Source of the DNA: Chiloscyllium plagiosum
Taxonomy: Eukaryota
NCBI RefSeq assembly: GCF_004010195.1
Contig: NC_057754.1
Location: 11,357,886 to 11,415,619, forward strand
Length of the DNA: 57,734 nt
Reading direction: 5' to 3'
Below, piece by piece: positions 1-9,464 of this stretch; the first letter of the stretch is position 1, and each line of letters starts with the position of its first letter. A program made the translations under genes and the position numbers. The notes beneath the pieces are model-generated. The model saw only the letters and a program-made list of their open reading frames with translations. It had not been told where the DNA came from and did not search any database.

Positions 1-126
1 TAGGAAGGGTTTGGAGGGATATGGGCCGGGTGCTGGCAGGTGGGACTAGATTGGGTTGGGATATCTGGTCGGCATGGACGGGTTGGACCAAAGGGTCTGT
101 TTCCTTGCTGTACACCTCTATGACTC
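1..126 (+). mobile_element. CR1/HER1-type LINE 3' terminal fragment
   Basis: Near-identical to the 3' ends at 2557-2680 and 22970-23098 (RKGLEGYGPGAGRWD* followed by the 3' tail ending in ctctatgactc). Confidence 0.85.
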
Positions 127-319
127 GACAGACTGCCCATTCTGAATACGAGCAGTCAATTCCTCTTCCCACAATATTGTGAAATAAATCAGTGTGTGTG
201 TGTGTCAATTTCATACGGGCTTTATTTATACTTGGACAATTCTCCGACAGCATCTTTAAAAACATCTTAAATAAACCCGTCTGGGTAGAATGACAAGAGC
301 AGGAAAGGAGGCAAATTTC

Positions 320-830
320 AGGGAAGTGTAAAAGTAATCGCGTCGTCATAGCTGGGGCTTTCAACTTCCCCGACATTAACTGTGGTCGTCATAGTGTGAA
401 AGATTATCAGAATTTTTAACATAGATCCGGGACAGCTTTTGAAGCCGGTATGTAATAGTCTCAACAAGGAAGGGGAAGGTTGAAGTGTCAGTGAGGGAGC
501 GTTTTGCAGACGCTTATTATAACTCTTTCCCATTCAGGATTGTTATGGAAAAGGTCAAGGATGGGACTAAACTCCTAAACTTGTGTTGCAAATTATGAAG
601 GAAGAAAATGGAATTTTGGCCTAAATTGCCAGGTGTTGGAGTTTAAACATTGTGGGATCTTGTAAGAACTGCACAGGATATTGGTGAAGCCATTCCTAAT
701 GTATTATGTACGGTGTCATCCTCTTATTTAAGAACAGATATGTTGGCATTGAATGCAGTACAAAAGAGATTTGTGAAACTGTTTCATGGGATGAAGAATT
801 TGGCCTATCAATAATAGTTGGAGGAAGGGG
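320..830 (+). mobile_element. Old, degraded CR1-like LINE fragments
   Basis: Degenerate GxFNFPDIN endonuclease-like segment at ~345-390 and an RT C-terminal-like segment (ALNAVQKRF) at ~660-830. Confidence 0.5.
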
Positions 831-1083
831 ATTTACTGAGGGGGAATACCAAAGCATTACACAGACTGGACCCAGTGTGTAGGTCCAGACTAGGTGGCAA
901 GTTCCATTCGCTGATCGACACAGGTTTTATGACAACCCAGCAGCTTCTATGGTCACTTTCTCATCATGCACCATAAATCCTATGAATTACCACATTCATT
1001 ACCAGCTGAATTTCACAGCCAACCTGGTGTTTGTGTGGGGCTCGCTCTCACTCTAATTGTTCTGTTTTCAATCAATTACACAG

Positions 1084-1563
1084 GGAAAGTGACATCAGTC
1101 ATTATCCTAGGGTCTGATAGAGTCCCCCAATTTCTTGTAAACTGATTATCACCAGATTTTGAACATGGAAGGAGAAAGCTGTTCACAGTGTGGAGAAACC
1201 ATGTTCTGTATGTGGACATGGTTTTAGACAACTATCTAGACTGACACAACACAAGCTTTCATTGCGGGAAGGGATTTATTTGGTTAACCACAGTGCTGAC
1301 ACACAAGCTGGTTCACACTGACCTTTTCAATGTCCAACCTGTGGGAAGTGCTTCAAATGTTCTGGGAAACTGATGAGATATCAATATGTTCACACTGCTG
1401 ACAGACCGTTCAGGTGGTGTATGTGGGACTGGGTTCAGACCACTGGCTAATCTTAGCATATACTAGCGCATTTACACTGGACAGAGACCATTCATCTGCT
1501 CTGAGTGTGGGAAGGGGTTCACTCATTTATCTCACTTGCTGACACACATGAGTTCATAAGTAA
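1084..1563 (+). pseudogene. C2H2 zinc-finger pseudogene
   Basis: Acceptor-like attacacag, then a leader 'ccagattttgaacATGGAAG' matching the 37.3/48.9 kb genes, then frameshifted fingers ([20 protein letters not shown]) ending ...cataagtaa. Confidence 0.8.
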
Positions 1564-2108
1564 CTGCTGGAGCTTTGGATTTTACTTTCAATAACAACCA
1601 GCATTGAACATTTTCAAACGGGGATTGTTTCTACTGGTTTTAATAACTCCAGCTCTGTCTTTAAATTTTGCATAAAAATCAAATCAGACAGCTTTGTGTT
1701 CAACATGCAGTATGTTTAATCTTCATCATATCTCACATACAAGCTTGTTCCCCTCCCACATGTATCCTCCATCCTCACCTACAACAACAAATGGGGGGGG
1801 GGAAGTTAGGTTGTGGTGGGTCATTGTCTCACTCATGGTGACAATCTGATCGGCTGCCCCTGCTGCTTCCCATGGGAATACTGTGTTCCTAAAGCTCACC
1901 TTTGTCTGAACCCAGAACCTGCATCTTTCTTTGGTTTCTCTCCTATATTCTGTTAAACCCAGTGTATCATGAAATGGTTGCCAGTCTTTTCTCTTTATTT
2001 CTCTTCACTTCTTGTTCGCTTTTTCACCCACTTAGCCCAACTCTGAACCTTTTGTATTCCTTATGGTTCTCAATTTGAACTTTCTCCTTGACAGCTCTTA
2101 TCAATGCT

Positions 2109-2680
2109 TTTGATAAATGCAAGGTGCTGCATTTTGGGAAAACAAACCTTAGCAGGACTTATATACTTTATGGTAAGGCCCTAGGGAGTGTTGCTGAACA
2201 AACAGACCTTGGAGTGCAGGTTCATAGCTCCTTGAAAGTGAAGTCGCAGGTAGATTGGGTTGTGAAGAAGGCATTTGGTATGCTTTCCTTTATTGGTCAG
2301 AGTATTGAGTTCAGGAGTTGGGAGGTCATGTTGCGGCTGTACAAGTCATTAGTTAGGCCACTGTTGGAATATTGCGTGCAATTCTGGTCTCCTTCCTATC
2401 GGAAAGATTAGGGTGAGAGGGGAAAGATATAAAGGAGACCTATGGGGCAACGTTTTCACACAGAGGGTAGTACATGTATGGAATGAACTGCCAGAGGAAG
2501 TGGTGGAGGCTGGTACAATAGTAACATTTAAGAGGCATTTGGATGGATACATGAATAGGAAGGGTTTGGAGGGATATGGGCCGGGTGCTGGCAGGTGGGA
2601 CTAGATTGGGTTGGGATATCTGGTCGACATGGACGGGTTGGACTGAAGGGTCTGTTTCCTTGCTGTACATCTCTATGCCT
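2109..2680 (+). mobile_element. 5'-truncated CR1 LINE with an internal ~230-bp deletion
   Basis: ORFs 2088-2411 (KCKVLHFG...RPLLEYCVQFWSP) and 2413-2604 are colinear with the 22.2-23.1 kb copy but lack the middle segment. Confidence 0.9.
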
Positions 2681-3420
2681 CTCCTCTCCTCATAGGTAAT
2701 ATCTTCCAAACCATGCGACATCCTGGGAAACTGTTTCTGTACCATCTCCAAAGCCTTACATCCTCATGGTGGTGTGGCAAGCAGAATTGTACACAATATT
2801 CCAAATGTAACCTTGCTAAAGTTCTATCAAGCTGCAATGTGCCTTGTCAATGTTTATGTACTGTGACCAATGAAGGCGCGCCAACAATATCCAAACGAAT
2901 TGCCATTTTCAGGAAACTGTAGACCTGAATGCCAAATCCCTCTCTATTATAATGCTTCCCAGGATTCTGCCATTTACTGTATATGTCTCTCCCTTATTAA
3001 AACTTTCAAAATGCACCACCTCACACTTGTCTGAATTAAATTCCATCTCCATTTCTCTGCCCAAGTTTCCTGTCAATCCTGCTATATCGTCTAGCATTCC
3101 TCCTCAATATTCACAGCTCGTTCCAATCTTTGTGACATTCAAATACTTATTAATTGGGCCACCGACATTCTCCTCCAAATCATTGACACATAAATATGGA
3201 AACAACAGGGGTCTCAGCACTGATCCCGACTGGTGCTACTGCTCACAGATCTCCAGTCACAGAAATGTCCGTGCACCGCTACTCTCTGCCTTCTGTGACA
3301 AAGCCAGTTCTGTATCCATCTCACAGTGTATTCTAAGTGGCTTCAACTTCTGCATCTGCCTGCCATGAGGGGCCTTGTCAAAGGCCTTGCTAAAGTCCAT
3401 GTGGACAACATGCATCATGG
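2681..3420 (-). mobile_element. Older CR1 LINE RT fragments (minus strand)
   Basis: ORF 2909-3097 MEFNSDKCEVVHF...; EDITYEER at ~2700; reverse complement of VHMDFSKAFD near 3370-3410. Confidence 0.75.
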
Positions 3421-4150
3421 TTTCCTGTAGAGGACGTCATGGCTCACAAATCTGATTGAGTTTTCTTGAGGAAGTGACAAAGATGATTGGTAAGAACAGG
3501 GCGGTGGATGCACTCCACTGAAGCATTTGACAAGCTCCCTCATGATAGGCTGGTTCAGAAGATTAAGTCACGATCGATCCATGGTGAGTTGCTGAACTGA
3601 ATACAAACTTGGATTGGATTATAGAGGACAAAGGGTAGTTGTTTTTCTTTTAAGATTAGAGTTCCTACAGTATGGAAACAGGCCTTTCGGCCCAACTAGT
3701 CCACACCGACCCCTCCATAGAGTAACCCACCCAGACTCATTTCCCTCTGACCAATGCACCTAACACTACGGGCAATTTAGCATGGCCAATTTACCTGACC
3801 TGCACATCTTTTGGACTGTGGGAGGAAACCGGAGCACCCGGAAGACACCCACGCAGACACGGGGAGAAGGTGCAAACTCCACACAGACAGTCACCCGAGG
3901 CTGGGATGAACCCTGGGACCCTGGTGCTGTGAGGCAGCAGTGCTAACCACTGAGCCACCGTGCCGCCCCACGGTGGTGGGTGTTTTTCTGACTGGCAGTG
4001 ACAGGGATGTTCCACAAGGTTTGTTTTAAGTATAAAAGATTTGGATGAACGTGTAAGTGGTCTGATTAATAAGTTTGCTAATGCCATGGAAATTAGTGGA
4101 GTTGAGGATAGTGAGGAAGGTTGTTGAACAATATATCAGGATATAGATCA
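3421..4150 (+). mobile_element. CR1 RT fragment (plus strand) split by a SINE
   Basis: Degenerate LTNLIEF.EEVTK / KAFDK.PH.RL at 3440-3640 and SKFA.. at 4070. Confidence 0.65.
3651..3970 (-). mobile_element. HE1-type tRNA-derived SINE
   Basis: Reverse complement starts ggcggcacggtggctcagtggttagcactgctgcctcac (A box) with a B-box-like segment, and ends in the CR1-like tail gggcctgtttcc...ctaatct. Confidence 0.9.
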
Positions 4151-6084
4151 TACTCTCATAATACCTTATAGACAATGTCCCACAACACCACTATCACTAT
4201 CCCCGGATATGTCCTGTCCCACTGACGGGCAGATCGGCAGACGTGGTGGAACAGCGGGATGCAGCCGGGAGGGAGTTACTCTGGGAGTTCTCAACATTGA
4301 ATGTGGACCCCATGATGTCTCATGGTTTCAGGTTAAACATGGGTATGAAACCTCCTGCAGATTATTCCGTAGCGTCCTGTCTCAGCTGATGAATCAATCC
4401 TCCTTAAAGTTGAATAAAACTTGGAGGAAGCACTCAGGATGGCAAGGGCACAGAACATCCACTGGGGGATTTCAATGTCCACCAACAAGAGAGGCTCAGC
4501 AACAGTATGACTGACTGAGCTGTTCAGGACCTAAAGGACATAGCTGCCAGACTGAATCTGTGGCAGTAAAGGAACCAACAAGAACACACTTGACCTCATC
4601 CTTACAGGTTGTAGATATATCTGCCCATGACAGTATTGATAAGAGTGGCCACTGCATAGTCCTTGTGGAGACGAAGTCCCACCTTCACATTGAGAATACC
4701 CTCCATCGTGTTATATGGCACTATCACCTTGCTACATGGAACAGACCTTGCAGAGATCTGGCGACTCAAGACTGGGTATTCATGAGGTGCTGTGGGCCAA
4801 CACCTGCAGCAGAATTGTACTCCAGCCCAATCTGCAAACTCATGGCACGGCATATCCCCACTCAACCATTACCATCAATCCAGGGGAGCAACCCTGGTTA
4901 CGCCACTCACTGGAGGAGGAGACTCCACAAATAGCTCCATTCTCATTGACGGAGGAGCCCATTACATCAGTTCAAAAGATAAGGCTGAAGCTTTCGCAGC
5001 AACCTTCAGCTAGTCGTGCTAAGTGGCTGATCTATCTCAGCATCCTTCAGTGTTTCAAGAATTACACATACCAGTCTTCAGCCAGTTCGATTCACTCCAT
5101 GTGCTATCAAGAAACAGTTGACGGCAAAAGCTTCAGGTCCTGACAACATTCCAGTAAAACGACTGAAGGTGCACTCCTGAACTTCCTCTCCACCGGCCAC
5201 ACTCCTCCAGTCTAATTACAACATTTATCCAACAATGTGTAGCACTGCCCAGGTATGTCCTGTACACAAAGCAGAACAAATCTAATCCAACCAATTACCG
5301 CCCCATCAGTCTGCTGTCGATCATCAGTAAAGTGATGGGAGGGGTCATCAACAGTGCTATCAAGCAGCAGCTGCTCAGCAATAACCTGCTCAGTGATGCC
5401 CAGTTTGGGTTACGCCAGGGTCACTCAGCTCCTGACCTCATTACAGCCTTGGTTCAAAAATGAACAAAAGAGCTGAATTCCAGGCGAGAGGGGAGAGTGA
5501 TAGCCCTTTACATCAAGGCTGCATTCGACCAAGTGTGGCATCAAGGAGCCCTAACAAAACTGGAATCAATGGGTATTCGGGACAACCACCCTGCTGGAGT
5601 CACACCCGGCACACAAGAAGATAGTGGTGGCTGTTGGTAGGTCAGTCATCTCTGCTCCAGGACATCTCTGGAGTCCCTCAGGGTAGAATCCTGGGCCCAA
5701 CAATCTTCAGCTGCTTCAGCAATAACCTTCCGTCCATCATAAGGTCAGAAGTGGGGATGTTCTCCGACGATTGCACAAAATTCAGCACCATTCGTGACTC
5801 CTCAGATACTGAAGCAGTCGATGTTCACATGCAGCAAGATCTCGATAATATCCAGGTTTGAGCTAACAAATGGCAAGTAACATTTGAGCTACACAAAGCC
5901 AGTTTATGGCTGTCACCAATAAGACAATCTAACCACTGCCTCTTGGCATTCAACTGTGTTACTATCACAAAATCCCACACTACCAACATCTTGGGGGTTA
6001 CCAGTGACTAAAAATGCAATTGGATTTGTCACATTGTGGGTCAATCCACAGCAGGTGGACTGCAGCAGGTCAAAAACGCACCAT
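4150..6084 (+). mobile_element. Degenerate LINE ORF2 (endonuclease plus RT) of a second CR1/Jockey-group family
   Basis: GDFNVH and SDH-like endonuclease motifs; NYRPISLLSIISKVM, QFGLRQGHSAPD, IKAAFDQVWH, GVPQGRILGP and MFSDD RT motifs, with stops and frameshifts. Confidence 0.85.
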
Positions 6085-6425
6085 GACTCAGTGGTAAGCA
6101 TTACTGCCTCACATTGCCAGGGACCCAGGTTCGATCCCAGCCTCGGACAACTGACTGTGTGCACTTTGCACATTCTCCCAGCGTCTGTGTAGGTTTCCTC
6201 CAAGTGTTCCAGTTTCCTCCCACGGGCCAAAGATGTGCAGGTTAGGAGGACTGGACATCCTAACTACCCATTGTGTACAGGGATATGTTGATTGGTGGAT
6301 GGGAAATGTAGGGTTTGAGGGATAGGGTAGTGGGATGTGTCTGGGTCTGAGTGGGATGCTCTTCAGAGGGTTGGTCTGGACACGTTGGTCCGAATAGCCA
6401 GTTTCCACACTTTTGGAACTCTCTA
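6085..6425 (+). mobile_element. HE1-type SINE (variant)
   Basis: gactcagtggtaagc A box, ggttcgatccc B box, tail gtttccacact. Confidence 0.85.
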
Positions 6426-7039
6426 TATAAGGCACCTCACCACGACCTTCTCAAGTGTCACCCAGGACAGGAAATAAATGCAGGCCCAGCCAGCAACACC
6501 CGCATCCCACAGATGAACAAATATTTTTAAAAAATCAACATTTTTTAAAATGACACAACCCAATTTCACTACATCCTTCATCCTGGTCCTATACAGATTA
6601 TGATGCTGTCAATCTGTGCAATAGAGGGCAATGAAAGGAGCAATTGACCCTGGAAGCTTTGTTAGACAGAGTTTTTGGTGATTTCCTTTGTCAGCTTTGT
6701 TTGTAAATTGACAATTTTGTGTTTTCCCTTGCACAGGATGTGTTCCTCTCTCCAAACACAGACCTCAAATCCAGGATCACTGTTGTTGCTTTTAAAAAGG
6801 GGCATTGCAGTCCCAAAAATCAGCAACATATCCAAATTACCAAACTCTAGCCAGTTATAGGAGTGTTAACATCAATTGAAACAAATCTAATGTTGTCAGA
6901 CTGTCAATCTTGGAAGTGATCAACAACAGCAATAACAGCAGAATCCAATTCTTTCACAAGAAATGGAAATCACTGGCTGGGCCTGAAGATGATGAAGAGT
7001 TTCCTCCTTGAACTTCAACAGTATACAGGTTATTGAGAT

Positions 7040-7966
7040 TCACTTATGAACTCGCTTATGTGTCACTAGGTTGAAGGACCGAGTGAATCCCTTCCCACAC
7101 ACAGAGCAGATGAATGGCCTCTCTCCAGTATGAACTCGCTGGTGAGCAAGGAGAGAGGATGAACACCTGAAACTCTTCCCACAGGAAGTGCAGTTGAATG
7201 GCTTCTCCTCTGTGTGAATTAGCTGGTGTGACTCGAGTGCGGAGGAAACTGTGAATCCCTTTCCACATGCAGAGCAAGTGAAGGGTTTCTCCCCCGTGTG
7301 AATTCGCTGGTGTGCAGTCAGGGTGGATGACTGCCGGAAACCTTTCCCACAGGAAGTGCAGCTGAATGGCTTCTCTCCGGTGTGTACTCGTTGGTGTCTC
7401 AGCAAACTGGACGACTGAGTGAAGCCCTGCCCACACACAGAACAGGTGAATGGCTTTTCCCCAGAGTGAACTCGCTGGTGTTCAACCAGGGCAGACGAAT
7501 GTCGGAAACTTTTTCCACAGGTGGTGCAGCTGAATGGTTTCTGCTCAGTATGAACTCGCTGGTGTGATCGAAGGCCAGATGAATGAGGGAATCTCTTCCC
7601 ACACACAGAACAGTTGAATGGTTTCTCCCCAGTGTGAACACGCTGGTGTATATTCAGATCAGATGAAGACATGAACCTCTTTGCACAGTAAGTGCAGCTG
7701 AAAGGTCTCTCCTCAGTGTGAATCCGCTGGTGTAACATGAGGCAGGATGTCTGCGTAAATCCCTTCCCACACTCTGGACAGGTGAATGGTCTCTCCTCGG
7801 TGTGAATTCTCTGGTGAGACATGAGTTTGGTTGTCTGAGTAAATCCTTTCCCACACACAGAACAAGTGAATGGCTTCTCTCCAGTGTGAACTCGTCGGTG
7901 GATTTCCAACTGGGATGGATAATTGAACCCTTTACCACAGTCCTCACATTTCCACGGTTTCTCCAT
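7040..7966 (-). CDS. Tandem C2H2 zinc-finger protein, 11 fingers, no effector domain
   Basis: 308-aa ORF with 11 CX2CX12HX3H fingers and TGEKP/TEERP linkers; start in strong Kozak context (caccATGG); upstream acceptor ctccttttgcag|G at 8390/8389. Confidence 0.9.
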   Translation of the reverse strand: MEKPWKCEDCGKGFNYPSQLEIHRRVHTGEKPFTCSVCGKGFTQTTKLMSHQRIHTEERPFTCPECGKGFTQTSCLMLHQRIHTEERPFSCTYCAKRFMSSSDLNIHQRVHTGEKPFNCSVCGKRFPHSSGLRSHQRVHTEQKPFSCTTCGKSFRHSSALVEHQRVHSGEKPFTCSVCGQGFTQSSSLLRHQRVHTGEKPFSCTSCGKGFRQSSTLTAHQRIHTGEKPFTCSACGKGFTVSSALESHQLIHTEEKPFNCTSCGKSFRCSSSLLAHQRVHTGERPFICSVCGKGFTRSFNLVTHKRVHK

Positions 7967-8754
7967 GGTGACGGTGTCTTTGTATCTCTTCAGGATGGGT
8001 GATCAATTGAAGCCTTGACCACACTCTGAGCACAGTATCTCCCCACTGCCAATGGGGTGAATGTTTTCTCAATCTTCTTGACAAGTTGAAGTTCTTTCCA
8101 CAGCAAATTCACCAGAATGCTCTCATTGGAATGTGCGATTGTGTAATGCTCTTTCCGCAGTCTACTCACTGGAATACAATCACTCAGGGGGTTGTGTGTG
8201 TGTTTATCATTGGGTCCTCGTTGCTCACACAGATGTCTGAAATAATTTCCCACAGTCAGAACAAACATTTCCCTGTCCACACTCAGAGGCCGATAATACT
8301 CAGCTCCTGGTGAGTGGCATAAGTCAACCAGACATTGGCAGGAAATTTGGTTTGTGTTCAATATCTCCGAAGTCTTCTGTTCAAATATCCTGCAAAAGGA
8401 GTTGACAAAAGTAATCATTATCAGTGCCAGGATAGAAAATCAGAAGGGAATTCCAGATTCGAAGGAACATTATTTTCGTAATTTCTTCCTCCTCAAGTCT
8501 GTAATGTCCTGATTCCACATCTCTTCCTTCTTTGGACTGAAATCCGGATCTATCTGCCCATCTCTTTCCCCCATTCCCAGTTTTCTATCCTGCCTCTGGA
8601 TTCATATCTGAATCTCCTGGCTGCAGACTGAGAATCAAAGCAGTGATTCTGATTAGAGTTTGGGGCTTCCAGCCTATTTTGTTCTATCCTCTCCCAGACT
8701 GACCCACCTCCAATATTTCCTTCCTGATCACACCCTCATGGATTCGACCGAAAG

Positions 8755-9275
8755 TCAGACACGCCTCTCCCTCACCAACATGGCGGCACGTTACGCAAGG
8801 TCAATGCCCGTCTTCAGCGAGGTGGCGGCCGGGTAACACTGTATGCCTATACCAAGATGGCGGCCGGTTACCCGGTGACAACTGCCCTCACCAAGAGGGC
8901 GGTCGCTCCGTTCTCACACCCGTCCACACGCACTGCGGCCTCAGGCCACCCCATGGAGTTTATAGCCTCCTCATGCCCCCCCGACTCCTTTTCCAGTTTA
9001 CATCCCTACCTTGTCTCACATTCTTCTCCCGAGTGTAGGAGCCGAAACCGATCGCTCGGGCATATTCCCTTGCCCGCCGCCGGCTCCGTTCGTCTCCAAC
9101 ACGCACCGTCTCCGCCTCCGTCCCGCCCGACGTCACAGAGGATCCCGGCGTCATGACGTCAGCTTTAGTCCTATGAAGTCGCGGGCGCGGCTTAACGACA
9201 GGGCTGAACCGGACCCTCCTCCAACCAATCCGAGATAATGAGAGGCGGGGTGATGCTTTGGCCCACCCCCAAAGA
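8755..9275 (-). promoter_or_regulatory. CpG-rich promoter / non-coding exon 1 of the 7.0-8.0 kb ZNF gene
   Basis: Local CpG enrichment; YY1-like CAAGATGGCGGC 8853-8864 and CAACATGGCGGC 8776-8787; CRE TGACGTCA 9154-9161; CCAAT 9225-9229; GC box ~9243; minus-strand donor TTG|GTGAGG at 8775. Confidence 0.75.
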
Positions 9276-9398
9276 GCCTGCCTTGTGTTTTGTCCCATAA
9301 GCCTGTTGGGAGATGTTGTTTCAAATATTTGGGACAGCTGGCAGTAATACCTAGTCCAGGGTCAGGGATATCAAAGGTAACCTAAAAAATGCTGTACC

Positions 9399-9440
9399 CT
9401 CACCGGTGGGGAATTAAATCCCAGTCTCCTGTGTGACAAC
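9399..9440 (-). pseudogene. Degenerate tRNA-Asp(GTC)-derived 3' half
   Basis: Reverse complement gtcacacaggagactgggatttaattccccaccggtgag resembles the tRNA-Asp anticodon-to-3' segment GTCACGCGGGAGACCGGGGTTCGATTCCCCGACGGGGAG; the 5' half is absent. Confidence 0.55.
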
Positions 9441-9464
9441 CGACTGGAAGCCTGGGCTGAACAA

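Noticed and set aside
3651-3970. tRNA genes at SINE heads
   Set aside because: A/B boxes run directly into the SINE body and LINE-like tail; there is no complete cloverleaf.
7056-8002. Alternative-frame and antisense ORFs over the ZNF arrays (also at 17.3-18.0, 30.9-32.2, 37.4-37.8, 49.0-50.8 and 55.5-55.8 kb)
   Set aside because: Shadow ORFs produced by the 84-bp repeat codon structure.
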